NCBI GenBank assembly: GCA_002269645.1
Contig: NIVC01000900.1
Coordinates: 400,117-464,116 of the forward strand
Length of the DNA stretch: 64,000 bases
DNA from: Macrostomum lignano
Lineage: Eukaryota
Direction: 5' to 3'
The notes beneath the pieces are model-generated. The model searched no databases, was not told the origin of the DNA, and worked only from the letters and a program-made list of their open reading frames with translations. Position numbers and translations under genes: made by a program. This document shows, one piece after another, positions 1 through 19,800 of this stretch (its first letter is position 1; the number at the start of each line of letters is the position of its first letter).

Positions 1-6545
<6,545 letters not shown>

Positions 6546-7002
6546 CTATAAGAATGATTTTTGCGCTGCCTCGGATGAGCTCACAGCCAGGCTCCCTGGG
6601 TCGCCTCATGTCATGCCTTCATCCCCGACCCTCCCCTCAAGAGAAAATTGGAGAGGAAACTGAAATTAGCACGCGACACAATAATGGCGGGGAAGACGGA
6701 CGATTCTGAATGGATGAAGGCAGCTGGGCGAGGGATGAGGGCTAGAGGGTGAAAGTGAGCATAATGGATGAGTGTAGACTCGTCTTGAGCACAGATTTTA
6801 GATTGGTGAACGCTTGAGTGCGTCTGTCGAGAGCGGAGCTTGAGGCTGCTGGCTGCCTGGCAACAGCAGACTGGTGTGACTGAATTATTCATCTGATCTC
6901 ATGCCGTGCCTGATTAAGCACTGCACTGCGCTGCACTTCTGCGCTAGGTTTCGTTTGTGGCCTGATTATGTTTGTCCGGTTTACGAGCGTATTGATGTGG
7001 AT

Positions 7003-7614
<612 letters not shown>

Positions 7615-8030
7615 GCACTCGAGACTCGGTAGATTAAATGGAGCAGTCCTTTGAAGTGAAGCGCTCATAGATTCTATTTTGCAGAAGAGCGTAGAAGCAC
7701 TGATAATTTGTGGCTGTAACAAAATTTTGGCTGCTTCTGGTGTAACGCGCCCAGAGCTTCAACTTTTATACACGTTCATGCATGTGTTTAAATCTGTGCA
7801 CGCATCTGCGCTAGCTCGTAAAAGTAGATATAAGTTACAGCAATGGGAGCCTCAGTCTTTTGGTAACACATCTGCCGTGTCTGCACACTTGTGCACTGCA
7901 GCACTTCACGGGCAGTCACATGTTTTACACTTACTGTAATATAAGGAAGTCGAAAAGCAGGTTGCCTGTTTGCCTGTTGCCTGTTATTGCAAATGGAGGA
8001 CAGATGATTGATGTGCTCTTGTTGGCTGCT
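7615..8030 (-). pseudogene. 5' fragment (upstream region plus first 18 codons) of a third IFIT-like paralog
   Basis: 7668-7615 encodes MSASLQRTAPFNLPSLEC versus MNASLQRTAPFNLPSLEC at 22675. Upstream motifs taaaagttgaagctctgg and atcagtgcttcta match 22575-22660. The frame then runs straight into the TATC array. Confidence 0.85.
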
Positions 8031-8084
8031 TTGAAAGACTGTCCTATACTCTCCTAGACGGTCCTATTGCTTTGTAAATGTAGT

Positions 8085-10752
8085 ATCGGTTCGGTCTCAG
8101 GAGGCACCACCAACGGGGGATCGGCCTGGATCCTCCTCCGCAAAGAAGACGGCATTATCATCCGCAGAGGGCATGCGGCAGCAGGCCGATGGTGCAATTC
8201 CTACGGGATAGCGACGTTTGCCTGCGGGACGTTTGCCAGCCGACGTTTGCCTGCGGGACGTTTGCCAGCCGACATTTGCCAGCCGACGTTTGCCAGCCGA
8301 CGTTTGCCAGCGGGACGTTTGCCAGCCGAAGTTTGCCTGCCGGGCGTTTGCCTGCCGGATGTTTGCCAGCCGACGTTTGCCTGCGGGACGTTTGCCAGCC
8401 GACATTTGCCAGCCGACGTTTGCCAGCCGACGTTTGCCAGCGGGACGTTTGCCAGCCGAAGTTTGCCTGCCGGGCGTTTGCCTGCCGGATGTTTGCCAGC
8501 CGACGTTTGCCTGCGGGACGTTTGCCAGCCGACATTTGCCAGCCGACGTTTGCCAGCCGACGTTTGCCAGTGGGACGTTTGCCAGCCGAAGTTTGCCTGC
8601 CGGACGTTTGCCTGCCGGACGTTTGCCAGCGGGACATTTGCCAGCCGACGTTTGCCTGCCGGACGTTTGCCAGCCGACGTTTGCCAGCCGACGTTTGCCA
8701 GCCGACGTTTGCCTGCCGGAAGTTTGCCAGCCAAAATTTGCTAGCCAATATAAAGCCAGTCAGTGAAAAATTTGATACTGAAACATTCGCAGTTTAGCGG
8801 TTTGACAAAAACCGTTTTTACTCCAACTTTTTGACGGTTATTCGCATGTATACAAGTTTGAAAGCAAAATATATAAATTATGCAGTTCATCAGTCTAACG
8901 TCTAATATCTAGTTTAACAACGATTTTGGCACAACATATCAAAAGATGAACATTGGGTTTGCCTCGTATGAAAGCAATAACAATTGTTGTGCTGAAAAGA
9001 TGAAAACTTCCTATCTCCCTATGGCCTTCAAAACATTTTTCATAGATTTCGAGTGCTGCGTACTTCTTCTTTAGTAGTCCTTGGCATGACTAAGCTTTGC
9101 ATACGTAGTGTCTAGCGCTTGCTATTCTACTAGCTTGCTACTGGCGGCTTGTCTGGCTATTCAGCTATATAGCTTACTATAAAAACGTACCGCATTCGAC
9201 TCGTCTACACATGTACGTTGAGATCGCGGTTTCCTTGCTTACTTGAGTAGTAATACAACAGAATTGGAATCAATTTGCTTACTTTTGGATCTCCCAATGA
9301 ACTGAGAAATATATGAGCCAGAATTACCGCTCAGCAGCTCTTTTTGTTTGCCTCATAACTTAATCGCTGGAGATTCCCGTTGTAATCTGCGCGTCTTCTT
9401 TCGCACATCAAAAATCAAACATCTCAAACTGGGAAAAACGATACGCAATTGTCAAAAGTAAACAATATTTTCACATTCAAAGAAAATCGTTGTTAAACTG
9501 GATATTAGATGTAAATCTATATAAATTGCATAACTTATATAGATTTTGCATAAATTTCATAATTTATAGATTTTGCTTTCAAACTTGTATATATGCGAAT
9601 AACCGTCAAAAAGTTAGAGTAAAAACGGTTTTTGTCAAACCGCTAAACTGCGAATGTTTCAGTATCAAATTTTTCACTGACTGGCTTTATATTGGCTAGC
9701 AAATTTTGGCTGGCAAACTTCCGGCAGGCAAACGTCGGCTGGCAAACGTCGGCTGGCAAACGTCGGCTGGCAAACGTCCGGCAGGCAAACGTCGGCTGGC
9801 AAATGTCGGCTGGCAAACGTCCGGCAGGCAAACGTCGGCTGGCAAATGTCGGCTGGCAAACGTCCGACTGACAAACGTCCCGCTGGCAAATGTCGGCTGG
9901 CAAATGTCGGCTGGCAAACGTCGGCTGGCAAACGTCGGCTGGCAAACGTCCCGCAGGCAAACGTCGGCTGGCAAACGTCGGCTGGCAAATGTCGGCTGGC
10001 AAACGTCCCGCAGGCAAACGTCGGCTGGCAAACGTCCCGCAGGCAAACGTCGTAGACCCATTCCTACGAGGCCGAGCTTAATGCCATCACTCTCGCGCTC
10101 CAGGACATCATCGATTCCGCTACCGCCTGCGCCGCCATCCTCACGGACAGTCAAAGTGCCATTACCGCCATCCAAGCCGACCGGCCCACACTGAACGCGA
10201 GGCTCGAACTAGCGAAGGCCCTCCTCGTGACTGCGGCCCATAGGACCAAACTTACGCTGCTCTGGGTGCCCGGACATTCGGGGGTGCACGGCAATGAACT
10301 CGTAGACACAGAAGCTAAACTCTCTGTCAAGGTCAGGTGCTCATCTCGCTCCCCCGCCTCCAAGGAGCGGATCTACCATCACCTTAGGTATCAGCCCGAC
10401 CTGCCAGGACACCTGGAGGTATACCGCACCCCGGTGTCCCCAGGAACGGGCACTCGTCGGCAGCGGACGCTTATATCCCAAGTCAGATCCGGCCATTGTC
10501 CAGAATCATCCTACTATCGTCACCGAACAGGCATCGCCGAAGGAGGGCCATGCCGGCTATGCAATCAACCGACTGAGCAGTTCCATATTCTCCATTGTCC
10601 TAAGCTCGAACCTACTAGACGCACCATCGGCGTCACTAGCATTGGTGACCTTGCACGAGGAGAAGTAGTGGCGCAGCTCCTGGGGGCCATCGACTGGCGG
10701 CCCCTCTGAGCTCATCTCCGCAAACAACAACAACAAAAGCAACAACAACAAG
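8085..10752 (+). mobile_element. 5'-truncated non-LTR retrotransposon 3' end (RNase H domain, (CAA)n tail), split by a foldback insertion
   Basis: Removing 8205-10059 and one TSD gives GSVSGGTTNGGSAW...GRWCNSYEAELNAI...ILTDSQSAI...LWVPGHSGVHGNELVDTEAK. Stop at 10709 is followed by caacaacaa repeats. Confidence 0.88.
8205..10059. mobile_element. Foldback-type non-autonomous DNA transposon with long inverted arms built from 14/15-bp subrepeats
   Basis: Arms about 8205-8890 and 9530-10059 are reverse complements (gacgtttgccagcc arrays plus a unique inner segment). Termini gggatagcgacg...cgtcgtagaccc. TSD attcctac at 8197-8204 and 10060-10067. Confidence 0.92.
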
Positions 10753-10769
10753 ACGCGCTGTCAAAGATG

Positions 10770-11200
10770 CTGTTAGAGGGTAGCATCACAGAGCGCGCCT
10801 CTCGGACAGGTCGGGAACGAAAGCTGCGCCGCCGACCGAATCCAGAACGCCAGCGTCAGCCGACATACGAAATGCCGAGTGCGCGCCTGTCCCCGCCGAT
10901 AGGGTGCCTGCACCTCCGGCACGGGATGTGGGCAGTACGACTCGGCGCGTATGATGTGTGTGACCTGGCAGCCGGAGTCCCTGAAAGCACAACAGATCAC
11001 TTGGGCGGACCAAGGCCAGGGCGGCGATACAGTGCTGAGTTAGAAACATCTCAAGCGTCTTCTTGTGGCTCGAGCGAGTCCGTCAGCGTCTAGGTCTCAG
11101 CAGCGTTGTACAGCAAGACGGTCTCCACCACCGCCTGGAATAGTTCCGCCCTCGGGCCTCGGAGGTAGGGCCTCGGATTGCAGGACTGGCTTCACAGAAC
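10770..11200 (-). mobile_element. Decayed RTE-like LINE fragment (post-RT region)
   Basis: Minus strand reads ELFQAVVETVLLYNAET*TLTDSLE and RAESYCPHPV...QAPYRRGQARTR; homologous to 21640-21730. Confidence 0.75.
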
Positions 11201-12408
11201 AAAAGTCAGTCGAGGCAATGACTGTGATTAAAGATTTTACTCCTCTCGCTCCTCTATATTCATACTAATTTAAGCGGCTCCCTACTGGAGGGCGCCTAGT
11301 CCAATAAAATCTAGTAAAGTATAGTAAAAAAGTCTAGTAATCTAGCATAATAAAAAAATACATATACATAACTACAGAATTACAGAATTCCACAATATGA
11401 CGCTATTGTGAACACTACGGCCAATACCAAAAGTCAGGATCAACTTTGTGCGTAACTAACTGAAAAAAGTGAGTATACTCTTAGTCATACAAAATCCTTG
11501 AAATTCAGATAGCATCGGAAATATTTCAACACTCGCATGCATTGATTCATAAAGTGCATACCAATAAGAGTAACCTATGTAACTCCAAAATACTATTTAA
11601 ATATCAGTAGGAATACCAAGCCATTTTCCACCCGTCGAACTACCCAGCCCTGACAATTTTTTCTGTGCCAGAACGGAGCAAAGCAGGCACACGAAATGCA
11701 AAAAGACGAGTGAAATTTTGTTGTGCACATTCTCAAACAACAGTCAAGTCGCCAGCCCTCCGGACCGTCGAGATATTCGACGATTCTGCCAGAAGGTCGG
11801 ATTTTTTTCCCATAAGTGCTAGTGATTTAATACACCTCTGTGCGTCAATCAGCACTGTGCCTCAGTGCAGCCTTGCCAAGCCTCAAGGTGTAAAAGTTAG
11901 TCATGAATCTTGTGTGCCTGCTTTCCTCCGTTCCGGCGCAGCAAAAAGATTGTCTGAGGGATTCCTCTCTGATACGAGCGTGTTACGGATCTGTACGATT
12001 TTTATTTTAGAAAGGAAACGGCTCCGTCGAGAATCACCAAACTAAAAATTTTCAGGATTTGGTACATATGCTTTTTAAGCTATTCATATAATGCAGATTG
12101 CTCAATGCTGCACAGTGAATATAACTGGGCATAGCACTGTATTGCCTTGAACGGAATATCTAAAATTGCCCAGACTTAACAAGAATCGGTTTGATTTAAC
12201 AATGCCTTTGAAATAAAAAGCTGGGGTTTTCAGAGCCAATGCTTTCTTGCTTTAAACATATATCGAAGAGAAATTTACAATTGTGACAACTCCAAAGGTA
12301 TACATAGGTAGATACTGAAAAATTTTGGGAATTGAAATCGTCTGACAAGGATAAAAAATCTCTGTATTGTAAAATGACCTGAGCGTGTCTCATTTTACTT
12401 GACGATCA

Positions 12409-15406
12409 CTAGTCAGTAGCCTCACCAGCTTGGACTCTAGTGGCCTCACCAGCTTGTACTCTAGTGGCCTCACCAGCTTGGACTCCAGTGGCCTCACTAG
12501 CTTGTACTCCAGTGGCCTCGCCAGCTTGTACTCCAGTGGCCTCACTAGCTTGTACTCCAGTGGCCTCACTAACTTGTACTCCAGTGGCCTCGCCAGCTTG
12601 TACTCCAGTGGCCTCGCCAGCTTGTACTACAGTGGCCTCGCCAGCTTGTACTCCAGTGGCCTCGCCAGCTTGTACTCCAGTGGCCTCGCCAGCTTGTACT
12701 CCAGTGGCCTCGCCAGCTTGTACTACAGTGGCCTCGCCAGCTTGTACTCCAGTGGCCTCGCCAGCTTGGTCTCCAGTAGCTTCACCAGCTTGTACTACAG
12801 TGGCCTCACTAGCTTGGACTCCAGAAGCATCACCAGATTGTGCTCCAGTAGCCTCACCAGCTCGAACTCCATTGGAGAAAACGGCCCACGTCTCCTCAGC
12901 GAACTCCGCTGCCAGGTGCGCCACATCGTACGCCGTCTTTCGGCACTCTCCGCCTCCCGACCAATCAGATTCGAGCTGCTGATTGAGCTCTTTCACCAGG
13001 ATCTCAGTCGAGTGCTTCTCGTTGTTAACCAGGTAGACCCAGCGGACAATCCAGCTGTCCTCACTTGACAGAATTCTGTGCTCACGACTCACCATGAAGT
13101 TATATATGTCTCTGGTGTCTCTCGATTGGTGAAAGTTGTGATCAATTCGCTTCAATTCTTCTAGCAGGCATTTTTTCACGTTTTTAAGCGATGCAGCATC
13201 TTTGTTTTCTTTGAGCAGCTTCATCTGCGACTCGAGCTCGAATGCCTTCCGCTCTGTCTCGGAACTAAGCTGGTTGAACTGCCTTTTATAGTCGCCTCCA
13301 AGCTGCTTCTTCAACTGGCCAAACGCGTGAGGATATGAGAACTCTCGACCCGATCCCTTAAGCCGAACTGCCAGCGACCGATCGAGGACTTCCTTCGCCT
13401 CCTTCAGCACCGATACGATCATGTTGTTCATTTCTTGAACTTCTCTACCAGTCTCCTTCATCTGCAGCTTCGTCATGAGAAATCGATTCGATCTCATGAG
13501 GTTTCCGCGATCGCCGGCGCCTTCAGCTGACCGAGTCGAGCCCGCTTTGCTCGTTAGCAGATTGAGCTCCAAGAACTCAGCGATTCTGAGCTTTACAGAC
13601 TTCCTTAAATCGTCCAAATCCGATTCAGTTTCAATAACGAAGCTGTTGGAATCATCTATAGTGAGTTCGATCTTGGCGCACAGCTCGTACAACTCTCGGC
13701 GGAAGAACAGCGAGTCTTTTCCAGCTTGAGCTGATGGTGACGCATCCGCCATCACCCTTTCGGCAGTTTTCTGTTCGGACTTTCGACGCTCAAGAATGTC
13801 GAAAATTCGAGGAGCCGCATCGCGACATCCGCACTCGAGACACTCCTGAAAATGTTTTAGATCAGCCTCGGGATTCTCTAGAAGTGACTGAGCCAGCAGT
13901 TTGTTTTTACTTTCATGCTCATCTGGAAGCTTCCTAAAACAGTCTGCCGCTGCATCGAACTTTCTATTCTTCATTAGAAAGCGACCAAGGTGCTCCAGAG
14001 CGAACTCATTACCTTCATCTCGTTCTAATGCGGTTCTGTAAAGCGATTCGATGTCCAGCTTCTTCTTAAATGTGCCAAACAGAGAAGCAAACCACGCCAG
14101 GTACTCTTCTCTGCCTTCTTGTAAACGGAAAAGATCCTCAAAGAAGGCCTGTTTCTTTGCGTAAAACACCATTTCTAAACTGGACTGGGCCTCTACAGCA
14201 GCGATGCACGACTCTATAGCTTCGTCCGTATCACCCTGCTTCATCAAATACAAAGCCTTGCTAAACAGAATAACTGCCACATCTTTGTTATACATTGAAA
14301 ATATCTGACGAAGTGAGTCGAAGTGAGCTACAGATTTATCTTTGCCTAAACTTTCGCTCTGCAGTTCCAGAAGTTTCAGCTCGATCCAAAGATTACCAGG
14401 TGCAGCTGCGACTTCTTGGCCTTTTTTTAGCAGTTGCATTGCTACATCTGTACTCCCGATTTCGCAGGCTGCACCCGCCATCTCCAAGTAAAATCCGGAG
14501 TCGCTTATTGAAAAGTCTGAACTTTTTACATCGTCCAGTAGAGCCTTTCTTTGCTGGTCAAAGCTTTTTTTGTTCGCCAGTTTAGATGCCGAAATATTTT
14601 TGCGCACACAACGTACATGAAAAACGAATGCTCTTTGAAGCTCTTCGGGCTTTGCAGAAACATGTCGGTAGCTTTTTCAACCAGCTGGCAACACAATTTG
14701 TGGTTTACATTGTGAAGAATTGCTTCTGCATAGTTGGCATAAAAAATGGAGGTTGTGAGATTCTTCTTCTCCCCAATCTCTCTGGCGGTGCGCCACAGCT
14801 CCAACAATTCACTGTCGGCCTGCTTTTTTGCCGTCTGCCTGTTGCACCGAGCCTTTAAAAATGCCTCACCATAAAGCCAATAGAAATTTTCTGGCTGTAT
14901 TTCTTTGGCCCTGGAAAAAGCCTCAACACCAATAGCATACTTTTTGGGTCCGAAACAGCCAAATGTGACACCTTTGACTCCGAAGACTTGAGCTCGTTTG
15001 TTAATGTCATTCCACAGACTGCTGAGCTTACGAAGTTCCTGTGCAAGTGAGTCCTCTTCACGCTTCTGGAACTTTTTACTTGTATTTCCGCGCATCTTTT
15101 TGAGGTGCAATACGTCAGCTCTGATAACATACTCGCTGGATACGTGCAGGTCAGTCTGATTGTCTGACTGAATTTGAGCATCAATGCGTCGCGCCTCATC
15201 CAAGAGTTCTTGCGCTCTGACGAAATCCACGCGCATATTTGGGTATGTAGGTATGCCAGCGTAGTGAGGTAGGCGACCTTCTTGTGAGGCTCTCTTTTAA
15301 TCTTTCGTTCTGTGGTCTTGATCACGTCTTCGATGTTGACTTTTGTACTTTCCTCGTCAGGACGCCAAGTAAAGTGACACTCCAGCTGGTCCAAGGTCTC
15401 AACCAT
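12409..15406 (-). pseudogene. IFIT-like TPR protein paralog 1, intronless, about 999 aa if two 1-nt frameshifts are corrected (pseudogene or sequence errors)
   Basis: Starts MVETLDQLECHFTW (vertebrate IFIT N-terminus is LxQLxCHFTW). Then AYLTTLAYL, QELLDEA, FGPKKYAIGVEAFSRAKEIQPEN. Three ORF pieces (14855-15406, 14526-15236, 12409-14607) are colinear with the intact paralog at 22675. Length 2998 + 2 nt gives 1000 codons. Confidence 0.8.
12420..12865 (-). repeat. 24-bp coding tandem repeat encoding (QAGEATGV)n at the C-terminus of paralog 1
   Basis: Plus-strand unit cttgtactccagtggcctcgccag, about 18 copies, in frame up to the stop at 12409. Confidence 0.93.
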
Positions 15407-16089
15407 CGTAGCAGCGGACCCTGTGAAACTTTTGGGTACAAAATTTGCTTTCAGTCGTCTAAGTAAGTTAAAGAAATGTTTTTTTATTGTCCTGTATTGA
15501 AATATATGTTAGATTAATATTATCACTGAAAACATGCCAAATACCGAAGGCGCACTTAATCGCAAACCTACGAGCGTAGTACGAGGAGAGTTAGCACTAC
15601 TTGCAATGCGAGTGTCTCGCTTCTCTTTACTCCAAAGCCTTTCTCTAACTGCGTCTTTTAAGCAAAAAAGATGAAGAATACGAGCTAGTTGAACACTTAT
15701 GGGGCAGATAGTGCGCACAAAATGCATCTTAAAAGCTGTGTCGGTTTTACAGTGCTGCCCTATGCATTGTTTGAGTTCAATTTGTTGTGTACTCTCTGCT
15801 TGCTTATGTGGTTCAGAGCAATTTTAGTGTTTGTGTACATAAATTTACAGGGACTGTTACAGTGACAGGCGACAGCAAGCGCAAACACTTCAACCGCATA
15901 CAATATTAATCATTGTTTTCTAAGAGCTGATCTAAAGTACATGTTCTCAGAATCAAAGCACGCAGGAAAGCTTGCTTTCGCCTGTTCTGTGCGTTCTGCG
16001 CGTCCATGCCTGATAAGGCTCAAGACTTCGTTGAGCATCCCTCGATGCGCGTAGAGTGTGCATATGTCGTCGTAGACCTGAACACTGTC

Positions 16090-16290
16090 CTGCGTAGGTT
16101 TGAGCGGTCTCTGTTCGAGACGCCACATAAGAACGGAAACTTCCTGGAGGACTTCTCATGGACCTCTCCAGACTCTCCTGAAGAGGCAGGACATGGTGTC
16201 GGTCAACACCCGTTTTCGCAAGCCATCGGGAGGACTTTCAACCTATGTGTGCTGCAAGCGAGGACGGCAAGAATGCGCGTGGCCGAAAAG
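16090..16290 (+). mobile_element. Decayed LINE AP-endonuclease fragment (RTE-like)
   Basis: KNGNFLEDF, then after a frameshift LLKRQDMVSVNTRFRKPSGGLSTY; this matches the N.NG..L / NT.F.K pattern of RTE endonucleases. Confidence 0.6.
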
Positions 16291-16849
16291 CAACACAGAG
16301 GCAAACAGAACTCAAACATGTGCTTGTGCGCTTTTGGGAGCGCCGCCGCGCCGTTAACTGCCGGTCCATCACACCACTGACTCCTCGTCTCCTCGGAGGC
16401 CTCAAATTCAATAACTCTATAGAAATATACTGTATAATAGCAGCCGGCAATAACATAGCTCTCAATAATCAAATACCAAAGACTTTGACTAAGGCTTACC
16501 GATCGATATAAGCTTCTCTCAGAGATTTAGCCTCTCGGTTCATGTTAGTTTGTCTCGAGTTCTCTTGAGGCTGCTTCGAGGCTGCTACGAGTCTGGATTT
16601 CAGCTCAGATTTTTCGCTTATATTTATACCCGTTTTGAGTCGACCTTGAGCTCAAACCGGTTTTTTGATGAGTTTACGAAAGGAATTGATTTGACAGATG
16701 AGATTTTCGAAAAGAAGCAGTGAAACTTAGGTCAATTTAAGGTTAACGTTTACATTATTTGCGAGTTCTAAAATTAAATGTTGCGAACCGGTTTTTCTTA
16801 TAATGAAATCGTAATTCACTGTTTTCGTGATAATACTAACGCATGCAAG

Positions 16850-19800
16850 GTGGGTTCAGCACGCCTGTGTAGCATGAGACAGACCAGGCCTACGAGCTAA
16901 GGTCTGCGATCCTACACACCTGCACCCCCTCTATTCTGGTGCAGGAATATGTACGGAGCTGAAAAACCTGTTTATCTACATGGAGGACGAGCGACCCCAG
17001 ACACACCGACACCGTGCCTGGATTTCGGCTCGCAGCTGCATCACCAAGGCCGACGAGCTGCGTCACCTGCTAGTGGCTACCAACCCGGAGCTACCGGCAA
17101 ACGGTGTCGTAGTTCACAAGACCATCTCCAAGCCGGGCGGAGATGGTTTCACGGCTATTCTTGGACTGTCGGATAGCTGGATGCTCTGCTATCCGGACAT
17201 GTCCCTCATCTCTGTCGGGCTGATGCAGATTCAGCTCTTTAGCTTTGAGTCTGACGCCACCCGTCCACCGCCCCCAGAGAAGCGTAAGCGGGCGAGCGGG
17301 CACCGCCCGCGGAGAAGCGTAAGCGAGCGAGCGGGGGCTCTGCCGGGCGGAAACGCCCAGGAAAAGAAGCTCCCGGTCGTCACGACCCCTCCGAGGACGT
17401 GGACCCTGTCAGAGGGAAAGCCGCGAAAGCTGCAGCAACAGGCGGACGTGGAAAGGGCCGGAAACCCACCCGGAACACTATCCGCTCTGGTCTGACTCAG
17501 CGCGCGAAGCAGCTGCTGGACACCGCCAGGGCCCACAACCGCAGCAACCCCCAGCCCAATGTCACCACTGCGGCCCCCCAGAAAACCGGGCTGAGAGCGA
17601 GAATGCCGCCCAGGTGGAGGCATCGCCCTCGACCATGGAGACCATCCGGGAGGAGCCCATGGAACTGGAGCCTGGAGCTATCGGCGAGGCAGAAGAGGTG
17701 GCTCTCCTGCACAACTCGCCCTGAGCCGGCAGGAAGCTGCGCGGACCACTCGTGGATTCCCCGGAGTGGACATCCTGCAGCTAAACCTACACCACTGCAT
17801 CGCGGCCTCGACCAACCTGATGCGGGTGGCAAACTTTGCGAAACCGGGCATCATCCTACTCCAGGAGCCCTGGACAAAGAAAGGTAAGATTCTGAATATT
17901 CCTGCTGGTTTTGACTGTTTTCAAGACCACCAAAACCCCAGAGCAGCCATGTTCGTGTCTACCCATCTCAAAGCTTGGCACAGACCGGACCTCTCTGACA
18001 GAGATCTCTGTGTGATTCAATTCAACCATATTATCACCAACCGCACGGTCATCATCGCCTCGATCTATATCCCTGGCGATGGCCCCGCGGTTCCACCCAA
18101 CCTCATCTCCCTCGTGGACTACTGCTCTAACTGTAGGTTCGAGCTGCTGGTGGCGGGCGACGTCAACGCTCACCATACCCACTGGGGCAATAATACTTCC
18201 AACAGCAGAGGCGAGGAACTCCTTGCTTACATCTGCACCACCAATACTGAGTTTTGCAACATTGGTGGAACCCCCACCTTTGACAACGGGCGATGGACGG
18301 AGGCCCTCGACGTTACCCTCGTCTCCCATGGCTTGACTCCTTTAGTCAAGGACTGGGAGGTTTGGGACGAATAGGAATCTCTGTCTGACCATCGCTTCGT
18401 TCGTTTCCGATTGCAATCCTCTTGCCCCAAGCCTCACATCCTGTGGAAAAGGAACGTCCGGAACACTGACTGGACGGCTTTCACGGAAACCCTGAAACGC
18501 CAGACAGATCAGCTGTTTACCGCCGCTCCAACCACCTGTCAGGAAGTGGATGACCTTGCAGACTTGCTCAGCAAGACCGTCCTGACAGCCCATGAGGCTT
18601 CCTGTCCTCTTAAAGCCTACAAAGGCACAATATCCGCCCCCTGTTTGCACCCGGCGCTTGGATCCCTCCGGCGCAAGGTAAAGTACTTCCAACCGTAAGC
18701 TCGCAAGAGCAAGGACCCAGCTGACCTGGCCGCCTACCAAGAAGCGATCCGCGACTTTAAGCGTGAAACCAGGAAAGCCAAGTCCGACAAATGGGCCAAT
18801 ACTGCGCGGAGTTAGAAGGCACCCGTCCTACTTCGCGCGTAGTTAAGGCTCTCACTCTTGACAAAATGTAAAAGCTCTCAGTTATTAAAAGACCGGACGG
18901 CCGGCTCGCTGAGAACCCTGGGGAATCGCTGGACATCATGCTCACCAGCTCTTTCCCACGTGCCGCACAGCAGCTAGGCCCACCGGACCACTCTCCGGGC
19001 GGACAGATCCTGGCTTCGACCATCATTACTAGAGAGAGGACGGCTCGCGCCGCAAAATACTTCTCTCCTTTCAAGTCACCAGGATCTGACAACATTTATC
19101 CTGCCTTCCTCCATGAGGCAGTTATAAATGACAGGTTTCTCGGCCTCCTCTGCAACCTCTTCAAGGCCAGCATTACCCTCGGGTACGTGCCAAAAGCCTG
19201 GCAAGAGGCTACGGTAGTCTTCACACCCAAGCCAGGGAAGGGAGACTGATGGAACGGCTGGTGCTCTGGCGCCTTCTCCTCGTAGAGCTGAGGAACTCCC
19301 CGCTCTCCCTAACCAGCACGCCTTTCGTTCTGGACGCTCCATCGAAAGTGCGCTGCACGCCATTGTCGACAAGCTGGAGCGCGCCGTGCTTGGCAATGGA
19401 TACGCGCTCTCGCTTTTCCTCGACATTGATGATGCTTTCAATAATGTGCTCTTTGAAGTCTTTAAGCGGGCCCTGGAATCCCGGGGCACGCACGAGCACC
19501 TCACTCGCTGGATCATGTACATGGTCTCCCATCGTACTGCCACCTCGCGCCTCCTGGGACACTCGCGCTCCGTGGAAGTCCAGAAAGGCGACCGCAAGTC
19601 CTAAGCCCGAAGCCCGATCCTCTCCTAAGCCCGATCCTCTGGAATATAGTCATGGACGAGCTGCTTTGCAGCCCGCATCCGACCCAGTTTTAGAAGGTCG
19701 GCTATGCGGATGATGTTACCGCCACTGTGGCTGGACCATCACCCGCGTCCTCAGGGACTCCTTCAAGCTTCATCCACCGTCGCGAACGCTGGGCACACAG

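Noticed and set aside
6611-6892. Further upstream exon of the first gene
   Set aside because: No phase-compatible donor and acceptor pair could be established with the exon ending at 6545.
8067-10194. Many overlapping CQPTFA/KRRLANV ORFs
   Set aside because: Artefacts of the foldback arm subrepeats; open in nearly all frames.
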